In this document: positions 17,461 through 26,381 of the stretch, piece by piece
Layout: each line of letters starts with the position of its first letter
How positions within the stretch are numbered: the first letter of the stretch is position 1
Assembly (NCBI GenBank): GCA_028716965.1
Contig: JAQUOV010000005.1
Span: 71,009-135,008 of the forward strand
Origin: Candidatus Omnitrophota bacterium
GTDB lineage: Bacteria > Omnitrophota > Gorgyraeia > Gygaellales > Profunditerraquicolaceae
Reading direction: 5' to 3'
DNA: 64,000 nt
Program-made: the position numbers and the translations under genes
Notes under the pieces: generated by a model
The model's database searches: none
What the model saw: the letters and a program-made list of their open reading frames with translations, nothing else
Told to the model about the DNA's origin: nothing

Positions 17461-18043
17461 GAATTTGGTTAAATTTCTTTAAGCGAAGTTTGTTTTTGTT
17501 GTATTCCACAACAGTTACGCTTGCCGGAGAAGGAACAAATTTCCAGAAACTCCTGTTTTTCAATATGCCGCTGACAAATATACCGATCACCCCGCCGTGG
17601 CAGACCAGAGCAATGGTTTTACCACGGTTGGCTTGAAGTATTCCTTTTATAGTTCCATCGACCCTCTTTTTAAAAACCCGCATCTGCTCTGCCTGCGGGA
17701 TCCGGGCTTTATAAGGATCAGCCAGCCACTCTTTATAGAGTTTGGGATATTTTTTCAGTACCTCGTCATGTCTTAACCCCTCGAACACCCCGAAATCGAT
17801 CTCCCTTAAATTTTTCACTTTTGTAAAATCGGCCTTTCCAAAAAGTATAGCCCTGGTCTGAAGTGCGCGTTTTCTGTCACTGCAATAGATCTTATCAAAC
17901 CCAAATCCATTAAATCTGTTCCGTAATTGCATAGCTTGGGCTTTACCATGATTGCTTAAACCTATATTCTTGCAGCCGCAGTACCTTTTCTGCTTATTCC
18001 ATTCAGTTACCCCATGGCGGATTAAAATAAGCCTTGTCGTCAT
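17423..18043 (-). CDS. cobC: alpha-ribazole phosphatase (histidine phosphatase superfamily)
   Basis: LILIRHGVTEWN (RHG motif), 206 aa, in cob operon. Confidence 0.8.
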   Translation of the reverse strand: MTTRLILIRHGVTEWNKQKRYCGCKNIGLSNHGKAQAMQLRNRFNGFGFDKIYCSDRKRALQTRAILFGKADFTKVKNLREIDFGVFEGLRHDEVLKKYPKLYKEWLADPYKARIPQAEQMRVFKKRVDGTIKGILQANRGKTIALVCHGGVIGIFVSGILKNRSFWKFVPSPASVTVVEYNKNKLRLKKFNQIQGRFSIQSRDVS

Positions 18044-18831
18044 TACTTCTCTCCCGGGACCAAAGCCACATTGGGCCTGCCTGTGACCGAGTTATCATTA
18101 ACCAAAACAACAGTCTTATAAACTGCCTCAATATTCTGATAAGTTAAAACTTCTTCGGGCTTACCTTCTTTAAAAATGACACCTTGGTCCAGCAAGGCTA
18201 TGCGATTAGAATAAGCACTGGCCAAATTTAGGTCATGCAAGATCATTACAATCGTGAGGCTATTCTTTCGGTTGAGCTTCTTCAACAAATCCAAAGTTTG
18301 TACCTGATGCCCGATATCCAGATGAGCGGTCGGTTCATCCAGGAATAGAAGTTCGGGTTCCTGAGCTAAGGCCCGGGCAATAATTACCCTTTGGCGTTCC
18401 CCGGCGCTCAGCTCATCTATACGTTTATCTTTTAAATTCAAGGTATCGGTTAAAAAAAGCTTTTCCGTGGCGATCTCTATATCTCTTTTGCTTTCAAACT
18501 GCAGCCTCTTTAAATGCGGGATCCTGCCCATCAGGACCAGCTCCATAACCGTAAAAGGAAAACCAATAGATGTATCCTGAGAGACAAAAGCCACCCTCCG
18601 GCAAAACTCCTTTAGATCCATAGCCGAGATATTCTTATCCTTATAGAGTATCTCTCCTTTGCTTAAAGGAAGCACCCGCGTTGCCAAACGCAGCAGGGTG
18701 GTCTTGCCTGAGCCGTTAGGCCCGATAATAACCAGAAAATCTCCTTTCTTAACATCCAAGGATATACCTTTAATGATCTCCTCTTTAAAATACCCGCCGC
18801 ATACATTATTTATTTTCAGTATCTCTTTCAT
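18043..18831 (-). CDS. btuD: ABC transporter ATP-binding protein, BtuD/FecE type
   Basis: Walker A GPNGSGKTT, signature LSAGERQRV, Walker B LLFLDEPT. Confidence 0.88.
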   Translation of the reverse strand: MKEILKINNVCGGYFKEEIIKGISLDVKKGDFLVIIGPNGSGKTTLLRLATRVLPLSKGEILYKDKNISAMDLKEFCRRVAFVSQDTSIGFPFTVMELVLMGRIPHLKRLQFESKRDIEIATEKLFLTDTLNLKDKRIDELSAGERQRVIIARALAQEPELLFLDEPTAHLDIGHQVQTLDLLKKLNRKNSLTIVMILHDLNLASAYSNRIALLDQGVIFKEGKPEEVLTYQNIEAVYKTVVLVNDNSVTGRPNVALVPGEK

Positions 18832-19784
18832 TAAATCCTTTTCCCTTTTTTCAAAAGAATAATAAATACGGGGGCGCCGATTATCGCCGTGATCACACCG
18901 ATGGGAATTTCAACCGGCGCAAAGAGGGTGCGCGATAAAAGATCACAAAGGACCACAAATATGGAAGCAGCAAGACAAGTCACCGGTATTAAGAGTTTAT
19001 GATTCGGGCCCACAACCAGGCGCATCATATGCGGCACGATCAGGCCGACAAACCCGATTATCCCGCAGATGCATATCAGGCTGGCGGTAATTATTGCCGT
19101 GATGACTATCAGTATTTTCTTAATAGCCTGCGTATTTATGCCCAGATGCACAGCTTCCTCCTCGCCCATACTAATAGCATTTAAATCCTGGGCAAACAGA
19201 TAAATACCGCAGATACCCAAGATAACGGCAAGGGCGACTAGAAGCAAAAGTTTATAATCATATACCTGCAAGCTTCCCCATAACCACCAGTTCATCTCAT
19301 GCATTGCCTCGTTACCAAACAAAGATACCAGAAATACTATTATTGATGAAAAGGCAACCGAAACAATTACCCCGGATAAGATCAATGACTTATCCGCGAT
19401 CATCCCTCTTTCTTTCGCCAGGTTGTAAACCAGGATAATACTTGTTATTGCGCCAAAGAAAGCAGCCAGCGGCATATAAAGCCTTGAGAGGCCGAGAATC
19501 ACAGCAGTTACAGCGGCCAGTCCCGCTCCGCTGGAAGTCCCCAGCAGATACGGTTCAGCCAAAGGGTTTCTTAAGATCGCCTGGAGCGCTATACCGGAAA
19601 CCGCCAGGCCGCTTCCTACAAGTATAGCCGCAACTATCCGCAAAAGCCGCAGATTAAAAATAGGCTGGTTATCCTTAAGCAAAAGATCGGTAAACGGGAT
19701 ATTCACCGCGCCTTTGAGCAGGCCGAAGATTACCGCCAGCCCAAGCAGGAAGAATAAAATGCTGATCCTTCTCTTAAAATGCAT
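18831..19784 (-). CDS. btuC: ABC transporter permease, FecCD/BtuC family
   Basis: 317 aa, ~9 TM, FecCD-type sequence. Confidence 0.85.
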   Translation of the reverse strand: MHFKRRISILFFLLGLAVIFGLLKGAVNIPFTDLLLKDNQPIFNLRLLRIVAAILVGSGLAVSGIALQAILRNPLAEPYLLGTSSGAGLAAVTAVILGLSRLYMPLAAFFGAITSIILVYNLAKERGMIADKSLILSGVIVSVAFSSIIVFLVSLFGNEAMHEMNWWLWGSLQVYDYKLLLLVALAVILGICGIYLFAQDLNAISMGEEEAVHLGINTQAIKKILIVITAIITASLICICGIIGFVGLIVPHMMRLVVGPNHKLLIPVTCLAASIFVVLCDLLSRTLFAPVEIPIGVITAIIGAPVFIILLKKGKRI

Positions 19785-19786
19785 AA

Positions 19787-20617
19787 CTATCCCTTCGGGT
19801 ATAATCTTTTGTACACTTCGCTCAGTCCCTGCGTAATCCTTGGGCCTGGCCTAAGCAGGGTATCAGGATCAATATCGTTAAATACTTGCCCGCTTTTTAC
19901 CGCATCAATTTTATCCCATCCGAAACGCTGCTTGATCAATTTTAAAGATGGCTCCTTATCCATATACGCCATAATAATGCATTGCGGATTCAGGCTGATC
20001 ACTTTCTCGGCACTAATATTACAGTAAGGCCTGGGAAGATCATGGGCAATATTGGTCCCTCCTGCCAAGCTAATCAACTCATCCACAAGAGAACCTTTGG
20101 CGGCAGTCATCAGCGGTTCATGCCAAATCTCTACAAAGACCTTGGCCCTTTCATCTTGAGGAACAAACCTTACCCTGGAGCTTACCGTATTGAGCTCATC
20201 CCTCATCCTCCCGATCAGGGCAATAGCCTCTCCGGATTTCTTGGTCAATTTACCTATATCTGTTATAGAGCCAAACAACTCCTCCATGCTCGTAGGATCA
20301 GAAACATAGACATTAAAATTAAGCTGTCTTAGCTGCGTAACAACCGGTGCCTGCTCAAGGCCGGTGCAAAAAATATAATCCGGTTTTAAAGCAATAATCT
20401 TCTCTATATTTGGATAACTGAAACTTCCGACCCTGGTCTTACTTTTTACTTCCGGTGGATAATTACAATAAGTACTGACCCCCGCAATTTCTCCATCCAG
20501 GCCCAGGGCAAAGAGGATTTCAGTGGTTGACGGAGCAAGGGAGATATAGCGCTGGGCTGCTAAAGCCGTGTTGAAAAATAACCCGATAAATACAAGTAAC
20601 AGGATAATCCTCTTCAT
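19787..20617 (-). CDS. btuF: periplasmic cobalamin-binding protein (TroA-fold, BtuF-like)
   Basis: Signal peptide; ISLAPSTTEILFALGL...ALKPDYIF pattern; first gene after riboswitch. Confidence 0.8.
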   Translation of the reverse strand: MKRIILLLVFIGLFFNTALAAQRYISLAPSTTEILFALGLDGEIAGVSTYCNYPPEVKSKTRVGSFSYPNIEKIIALKPDYIFCTGLEQAPVVTQLRQLNFNVYVSDPTSMEELFGSITDIGKLTKKSGEAIALIGRMRDELNTVSSRVRFVPQDERAKVFVEIWHEPLMTAAKGSLVDELISLAGGTNIAHDLPRPYCNISAEKVISLNPQCIIMAYMDKEPSLKLIKQRFGWDKIDAVKSGQVFNDIDPDTLLRPGPRITQGLSEVYKRLYPKG

Positions 20618-20699
20618 AAAATAAAAAATCCCAACCTGGTATTTTTCATACCTGGATCGGGCTTCACCCTGATAATATTATGGCCCATTCCGCGAGGCG

Positions 20700-20905
20700 C
20701 TACTTTTCTTTACATAGGCAGGTCTTCTGGCTTGAGTTTCAACCTATTTGCTGCGCCTTCCCATGTTGGCATTTGTCAACACAGTGGCTTTGGCTATTTT
20801 GTAGCCAAACCACAGCCTTGCGGCTAGTGGCTTTCTTTTGCAGCTTTCGTCAACTCTTACAGCGGCGGGACCGCATCCGATTAACGCGCAGGCGTTACAC
20901 CCGCG
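20700..20905 (-). promoter_or_regulatory. cobalamin riboswitch in btuF-btuCD-cobC operon leader
   Basis: Minus-strand read contains GGUUAAUCGGAUGCGGUCCCGCCGCUGUAAG. It also contains GCCACUG (twice), UGGGAAGGC, and a near-perfect B12 box AAGCCAGAAGACCUGCC (plus 20716-20735). The 5' end abuts a REP element. Confidence 0.8.
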
Positions 20906-20975
20906 CAATTTGCGCCAGCCTTGCGCACACCAACGCAATTCCTTATTAGCGTTGGGTGCCATTAGCGCGGGGTGT
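20897..20975. repeat. REP-like 79-bp palindromic element, copy 3 (79/79 identical to copy 2)
   Basis: identical string to 7437-7515; immediately 5' of riboswitch 2 on the minus strand. Confidence 0.85.
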
Positions 20976-21036
20976 AAACATACAATTAGGCGTGCTTACG
21001 GATTTCCCTTAACCTATATATTAAATCTTCCTCTTT

Positions 21037-21064
21037 ACTTTAACACCCAGTAATAATTTGTCAA
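21037..21064 (-). promoter_or_regulatory. candidate sigma70-type promoter for the btuF operon (TTGACA-16-TAAAGT)
   Basis: Minus-strand TTGACAA at 21058-21064 and TAAAGT at 21037-21042, about 60 nt upstream of the REP/riboswitch leader. Confidence 0.3.
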
Positions 21065-21077
21065 CAAAATTTAATGA

Positions 21078-21120
21078 GCGCATAACTTACGAATACGGCA
21101 GCCTGAGTAAGTTATGCTGC
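21078..21120. repeat. GCGCATAACTTAC hairpin-family element (perfect 11-bp inverted repeat)
   Basis: GCATAACTTAC-gaatacggcagcctga-GTAAGTTATGC. Confidence 0.65.
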
Positions 21121-21182
21121 GGGAATCTAAATAAAGACCGCAAATTAGCGAACTAAAAGTAAATTTGAGCTGTTTGACCGAA

Positions 21183-21686
21183 TTAAAGTTCTATGCCTTT
21201 CCTTGCCTTAAATCCCCGCTTATAGTAATGTTTAATTTCATTTATCTGACTGACCAGATCGGCAGATTTAATAATCTGCTTGGGGGCGTAACGGCCAGTT
21301 AATATTAACTCTATGTCCTTGGGAGTCTGGCCGATCAAATCAAGCAGATCCTTAAGGTTAACCAGCTTTAATTGTAAAGCGACATTAATTTCATCCAAAA
21401 TGATTATACGGTATTTCTTGCAAGCAATAATGGCTTTAGCCTTTTTTAATCCATTGCCAGCCAATAAAATATCAATCTGCTTAGGTTTATGCCTAATAAA
21501 ACAATCCCTGCCAAACTGCTCTAGTTTTATATTTTTTATTTTTTTCAGCGCCTTATGCTCACTGCAGCAATACCCTTTAACAAACTGCGCGATATAAACC
21601 TTAAAACCCGCGCCTGCGGCCCTCAAGGCCAGCCCAAGCGCCGCGGTAGTTTTACCTTTACCGTTACCCGTATAGACCTGGATCAT
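21183..21686 (-). CDS. cobO: cob(I)yrinic acid a,c-diamide adenosyltransferase
   Basis: MIQVYTGNGKGKTTAALGLALRAAGAGFKVYIAQFVKG (CobA/CobO/BtuR family); the track ORF's 5' extension to 21752 is unlikely. Confidence 0.88.
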   Translation of the reverse strand: MIQVYTGNGKGKTTAALGLALRAAGAGFKVYIAQFVKGYCCSEHKALKKIKNIKLEQFGRDCFIRHKPKQIDILLAGNGLKKAKAIIACKKYRIIILDEINVALQLKLVNLKDLLDLIGQTPKDIELILTGRYAPKQIIKSADLVSQINEIKHYYKRGFKARKGIEL

Positions 21687-22180
21687 CCAGCAACCGCCTT
21701 CCAGCTTAATAAACCTAAAGAACACAAAGCGGAAATAATAAGCCCAGAACAAATTATGCCGATGATTATAGAAATAAACGCATAGCGAAAACGGATTTTA
21801 AATAGAGATGCCGCGATCACCCCGCTCCAGGCCCCCGTCATAGGAAGGGGTATGGCTACAAAAATAACCAACCCCAAAGCTTCATATCTTTGTACAGCAT
21901 CAGAATTTCTCCTCGTGCGTTCAAAGAGCCAGTCAAAAAAACGCGACCAGATCTTAAACCTTCTTAAGGCCCTGGTAACCGGTTTAAAGAGCAAAAGCGC
22001 CGGAGGGACAATAATAGAGTTGCCTAAAACAGAAACCCAAAAAGCCCTGGGGAGGCTCATCCCCAATGACAAACCTAGGGGGATTGAGCCCCTTAGCTCT
22101 GATACGGGCAAAGCGCCAACAAGCATTACCAGATAATCTTTAGGCAGTCCTCCAAGATAATGCAAAATAGCATTAATCAT
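21683..22180 (-). CDS. small multidrug-export-like membrane protein (COG2426 / Sm_multidrug_ex family)
   Basis: 165 aa, 4 TM, LPVSELRGSIPLG and MTGAWSG motifs. Confidence 0.55.
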   Translation of the reverse strand: MINAILHYLGGLPKDYLVMLVGALPVSELRGSIPLGLSLGMSLPRAFWVSVLGNSIIVPPALLLFKPVTRALRRFKIWSRFFDWLFERTRRNSDAVQRYEALGLVIFVAIPLPMTGAWSGVIAASLFKIRFRYAFISIIIGIICSGLIISALCSLGLLSWKAVAG

Positions 22181-22887
22181 GTTTTAAAACCCCTGGTAAA
22201 CTCCACGACTATAAAACGCAGGAACCTCAACGAATCAACAAACGGATTAATCCGGCTCTTCTGCCCTGAATAAATGGTCTTAACCTGCACGGACCCAATC
22301 TTAAATCCCCGGCGGGAAGCCTTGATCAAGATTTCAGACTCAGTCTCATATTTGGAGGTGGATAAATCCACTGCCTGGAATACCTCCTTCTTTACCATGC
22401 GGAATCCGCATTGAGTATCGGGTATATTCTGTCCGGCAATCATTGAAATTACCCACGACATAAAACGGTTAACAACAATGCGCATAACCGGCATCCCTTG
22501 AGTTTTAGCCATACGGTTGCCGACAATAATACCGTAATTTGAAGATTCCGCCTTCTGGATAAACAACTTGATGTCTTCTGTTGAATGCTGGCCATCCCCG
22601 TCCATGCTGATCACCGCATCAAACCCCCGAGAGAGCGCAAACGCGTACCCCTTGATTAAAGATGCACCTTTACCGATATTAGACGGATTATGCAGCACTT
22701 CCGCTCCGGCATCTAAGGCAATCTTTATGGTATCATCATTTGAGCCGTCATCGATGATGATCGTTTTCAACCCCAATTTCAGTATCTGCTCAATCAATCC
22801 GGCGATCGCCTTCGATTCATTATAAGTAGGGATAATTACACAAGTGCGCATATTTATTTTGCCCAAAATCTGCGAAAGACATACCAC
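22177..22887 (-). CDS. family 2 glycosyltransferase (DPM1/GtrB-like)
   Basis: IIPTYNE...DDGSND...DGD motif; overlaps next gene by 4 nt. Confidence 0.8.
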   Translation of the reverse strand: MVCLSQILGKINMRTCVIIPTYNESKAIAGLIEQILKLGLKTIIIDDGSNDDTIKIALDAGAEVLHNPSNIGKGASLIKGYAFALSRGFDAVISMDGDGQHSTEDIKLFIQKAESSNYGIIVGNRMAKTQGMPVMRIVVNRFMSWVISMIAGQNIPDTQCGFRMVKKEVFQAVDLSTSKYETESEILIKASRRGFKIGSVQVKTIYSGQKSRINPFVDSLRFLRFIVVEFTRGFKT

Positions 22888-23711
22888 TGGTCAGGGTAGC
22901 TGCGTATATAATCCTCAAATATTTCTTTATAAGCCTTAACCAGATTAACTAAATCTTTCCCCTTATCGCCGGTAGGCTTAAATTCAACCGGTTTCTCTAT
23001 GCTTAAAGTAAAGCTGTCATCGGGGTTCCTGAGCATAAAACCCGGGACGATGGCGGCTCCGGTCATAAGGCTTAAAGCTGCCGGCCCTTCGGGAAAATGC
23101 GTGGGCTTGTTGAAGAAATCTATTACGATCCCTTTCTCGGTGAAATCTCTGTCACCAACTAATGCAACCATGTGGTTATTTCTGATCTCTGAAATACAGC
23201 TCCTGATCGCCTTGCCCATAGCTATAACATTAACCCCTTTTCTGGCCCTCTGGGCGACAAAAAAACCGTTAACTTTTGTATTCTTATGTGACAGGGCCAC
23301 CGCCCAAAATGGATAGCCTAACTGGGCCAGGACTACCCCTCCCAACTCCCAATTGCCCAGATGAGCGGTTAAGACAATCACTCCTTTACCGGATGCCAAT
23401 GCCTGGTCAAAATAATGCAAGTTCTTTAATTTTATGTTTTTATCTATGTAGCTGCGGTTAAGCTTTTCAAAGCGGAAGAAATCCACCAGGTATTTGGCGA
23501 AATTCCTGAAAACCATCCTGCTTGTTTTACGCAACAGCCTGTTTTCTTTCTCGGGGAAAATAATCTTCAGGTTGGCCTTTACCAGCCTCCTGTCGCGGAA
23601 GGCAAAAAGATAATGCAGGTCAGCCAACAAGACAGCGATCAGATAAACTAATCTTAGCGGCAAAACCAGCGCGATAAATTGGCCGAAGCGGTAAAAATAA
23701 TAGCTTAACAC
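22854..23711 (-). CDS. lysophospholipid/lipid A late acyltransferase family (LpxL/HtrB-like)
   Basis: 285 aa, N-terminal TM, HLGNWE (HX4E-like) acyltransferase motif. Confidence 0.6.
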   Translation of the reverse strand: MLSYYFYRFGQFIALVLPLRLVYLIAVLLADLHYLFAFRDRRLVKANLKIIFPEKENRLLRKTSRMVFRNFAKYLVDFFRFEKLNRSYIDKNIKLKNLHYFDQALASGKGVIVLTAHLGNWELGGVVLAQLGYPFWAVALSHKNTKVNGFFVAQRARKGVNVIAMGKAIRSCISEIRNNHMVALVGDRDFTEKGIVIDFFNKPTHFPEGPAALSLMTGAAIVPGFMLRNPDDSFTLSIEKPVEFKPTGDKGKDLVNLVKAYKEIFEDYIRSYPDQWYVFRRFWAK

Positions 23712-23714
23712 GAT

Positions 23715-24830
23715 TTATATACTCAAAAGTAACTTGGCGATATCCATGCTGGCATTAGGCTTGGCGATCTCTGCCGCGGCCTGTTTTAAATGCCCTATTT
23801 TTACTTTATCACCCAGTAATTCGTCAATAACCCGGTAAACTTCTTTCGGGTCATCCACCTTAATTGCCGCCCCCTTATGCGTTAGGAAATTAGTATTATT
23901 TACTTCCTGTCCGGGGATGGGCTTAACAATAACCATTGGCAGCCTGGCGCTTAACACTTCAGCAGTAGTTACCCCCCCGGGCTTAGAGATAATCATTTTG
24001 GAAATATGCATCAATTCATGGATATTCTGTACAAAACCAAAAAGATGGATTTCTTTCTTATAATGCCTGATTTTACGCTTAAGCGAGCGGTATAAGCATT
24101 TATTCGTCCCGCTAATAATTAGTTCCTGGATATCATGCTTAACTTTTTCAAGTGATTTAACTATCGTTTTAATCGGCCCAAGCCCCTGGCCTCCACCCAT
24201 GATCAGTATCGCCGGCTTACGCGGGTTAAGGTTTAATTTATGGAGAATTTCATCCGCGTTCAGTTTTTGATTGAACTTATGGTCAAAAGGTATTCCAAAT
24301 GACCTGATTTTAGAAGCCGCAACCCCTTTCTTTTCCAGGCGATCCGAAACGTCTTCCGAGGGGGTAATATAATAATCCACGGTGTCATAAACCCAATAGG
24401 AGTGCGGGATATAATCCGTAAGTACCGCCACTAACGGTAAATTTGAGCCGCAAGCTTTCTTATAATCAGCGACCATACCGCAGGGAAAGGCCTGGGTACA
24501 AACTACCAGGTCCGGATTAAAACCATCAAAAAGCTTTTTTAGTTTCGGCGAATTTGATTTATGCACGCTTTTCTTGATTTTTTCAAGCCCCTTAACCACG
24601 CTGGGATTATCATAAAGATAATCCCATAACTTGGGGGTGTGCTTAATAACCTCCATATAGATACGGTTGATTACTTTCTCTGATATGGGATTAGTATAAT
24701 TAAAGGCGTTAATATTTAATATCTCGCACTTTGGCGAAAGCGTCTTAAGCGCCTTTTCAATAGCCATAGTGGCGCTGCGGTGGCCGGAGACATCTGATAT
24801 GTACATTAAGATGATGCGCTTGGGCAGCAT
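23715..24830 (-). CDS. GT28 diacylglycerol glycosyltransferase (MGDG synthase / UgtP-like)
   Basis: N-terminal MGDG-synthase domain (YISDVSGHRSA) plus C-terminal GT28 domain (KPGGVTTAEVL...PGQEVNNTNF). Confidence 0.75.
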   Translation of the reverse strand: MLPKRIILMYISDVSGHRSATMAIEKALKTLSPKCEILNINAFNYTNPISEKVINRIYMEVIKHTPKLWDYLYDNPSVVKGLEKIKKSVHKSNSPKLKKLFDGFNPDLVVCTQAFPCGMVADYKKACGSNLPLVAVLTDYIPHSYWVYDTVDYYITPSEDVSDRLEKKGVAASKIRSFGIPFDHKFNQKLNADEILHKLNLNPRKPAILIMGGGQGLGPIKTIVKSLEKVKHDIQELIISGTNKCLYRSLKRKIRHYKKEIHLFGFVQNIHELMHISKMIISKPGGVTTAEVLSARLPMVIVKPIPGQEVNNTNFLTHKGAAIKVDDPKEVYRVIDELLGDKVKIGHLKQAAAEIAKPNASMDIAKLLLSI

Positions 24831-24838
24831 AATAAGAA

Positions 24839-26005
24839 TTAAATCCTGCCTTCCCTGCAGAGTTCAAGGAAAGTATCGGCAATACGGGGGCAAAACTGCC
24901 TGCCGCTTAAATGCCTGATCTCGTTAATAGCATCATCTTTGGGCAGGGCCGAACGGTATGGACGGTCAGTGCTCATGGCATCAAAAGAATCCGCTACTGA
25001 AATAATGGAAGCAATCAAAGGTATCTGTTCACCTTTTAACCCCTCGGGATAACCTTTACCGTCAAACCGCTCATGATGATATCTTACACCGAGCATTGAG
25101 CCCTCCAGCTCCTTAATCGGCTTAAGGATATTTACTCCGATCATAGGATGCTCTTTAATACGGTTACGCTCACCAACGGTAAGTTCATGCCTTTTATTCA
25201 AGATATGCTCCGGTACACCGATCTTGCCTATATCATGCAAAAGGCTGGCAATATGCAGGTTCTCGAGGAACTTGGCGTCAAAATCTTTTTTATCCTTATG
25301 GCTGATTCTTCGGGCAATTTCAAGGCTTAAATTTGTTACCCTCGTAGTATGCCCATGGGTATAATTGTCCTTTGCCTCTATAGCTGCGGCCAGGGCAATG
25401 GTTGTACGCACAAACAACTGGTGCTTACGGTCAAGCTCAAGGCCTAACTCTTTAAATAACTGGGCATTCCTGACGGCCATTGCCACATTGGAGTTAAGGG
25501 CAACGAAGAAATCCAGCTCTTCATCAACAAATTTCTTACCGCTATCTTTTTTCCCCAACAATAGAATTCCCAGTAATTCGTCGCGGAAATAGCTTGGGAT
25601 ACAGACTAAAGATTCCAAAAGTTCCATTTGATATAAAACATGGGACAGCTGTTGCCTGGTTTCCTGTTTTATTTTGGCATTTTTCAGCGCGGATTTTGCT
25701 TCGCTGTGGAGCAAAACCTCTCTGCCGAACAGAAAACGGCTCATATGAGACCTGAAGAAACGGATGAGCACATCATCCTTATCAATACGGATCAAATCTA
25801 AAGGGATTTTTTTGCTTAGCGACCCCTTGGAAACGGTAAGCAGATAATTCTCTCTTCTTTTATCATGCAGGAAGAAACTGGCGTGGGCGATCTTGGCTTT
25901 ACTGACCATCATACGCACCATCATCCTGATCAAAAGATCAGGATCATGCACAAAGATCATATTCTTGGCTGCGTTTTGCAGCTCTCTCTTATAGTCAATG
26001 GCCAT
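24839..26005 (-). CDS. GAF-domain HD-GYP phosphodiesterase (probable c-di-GMP hydrolase)
   Basis: HDIGKIGVP...HHERFDGKGYP motifs. Confidence 0.8.
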   Translation of the reverse strand: MAIDYKRELQNAAKNMIFVHDPDLLIRMMVRMMVSKAKIAHASFFLHDKRRENYLLTVSKGSLSKKIPLDLIRIDKDDVLIRFFRSHMSRFLFGREVLLHSEAKSALKNAKIKQETRQQLSHVLYQMELLESLVCIPSYFRDELLGILLLGKKDSGKKFVDEELDFFVALNSNVAMAVRNAQLFKELGLELDRKHQLFVRTTIALAAAIEAKDNYTHGHTTRVTNLSLEIARRISHKDKKDFDAKFLENLHIASLLHDIGKIGVPEHILNKRHELTVGERNRIKEHPMIGVNILKPIKELEGSMLGVRYHHERFDGKGYPEGLKGEQIPLIASIISVADSFDAMSTDRPYRSALPKDDAINEIRHLSGRQFCPRIADTFLELCREGRI

Positions 26006-26092
26006 ATTCTTAAGCTTATGCTGTATCTTAAGATATATTTATACTAGAAAAAATGAAGATTGTCAAGATAGGCAGGAGTTAAACTAAAAAAC

Positions 26093-26329
26093 TTACCCTT
26101 CATTGATAATAGCCAATATCTGGCCGACCTCCACAACATCACCCTCGTTATACATTGTCTCGGAGATTACGCCGGTTGCCGGGCTGGGTAGATTAAAGGT
26201 AGCTTTATCAGTGACCAATTCAACCAGGTCCTCCTTCTCTTTTACCCTCTCCCCAGTCTTAGCAAACCAATATGAGACAGTAGCTTTGGATATCCCCTCG
26301 CCTAATTCCGGCAAAACAACTTTTACCAT
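26093..26329 (-). CDS. free-standing lipoyl/biotinyl-attachment domain protein
   Basis: 78 aa; ELVTDKATFNLPSPATGVI hybrid-barrel lipoyl-domain motif with DKA lysine. Confidence 0.75.
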   Translation of the reverse strand: MVKVVLPELGEGISKATVSYWFAKTGERVKEKEDLVELVTDKATFNLPSPATGVISETMYNEGDVVEVGQILAIINEG

Positions 26330-26381
26330 AATTCCTCCTTATCTAAAACGTCTCTGCGAACACCCTTAATGAACACTTTAT

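Noticed and set aside
20981-21182. Possible tRNA or small RNA in the 200-bp gap downstream of cobO
   Set aside because: I could find no cloverleaf, no GGTTCGAAT-like T-arm and no acceptor-stem pairing. The gap is better explained by a candidate promoter plus the GCATAACTTAC hairpin element.
21687-21752. 22-codon 5' extension of cobO in the track
   Set aside because: It overlaps the upstream gene, and the canonical CobO N-terminus (MIQVYTGNGKGKTT) begins at the internal Met.
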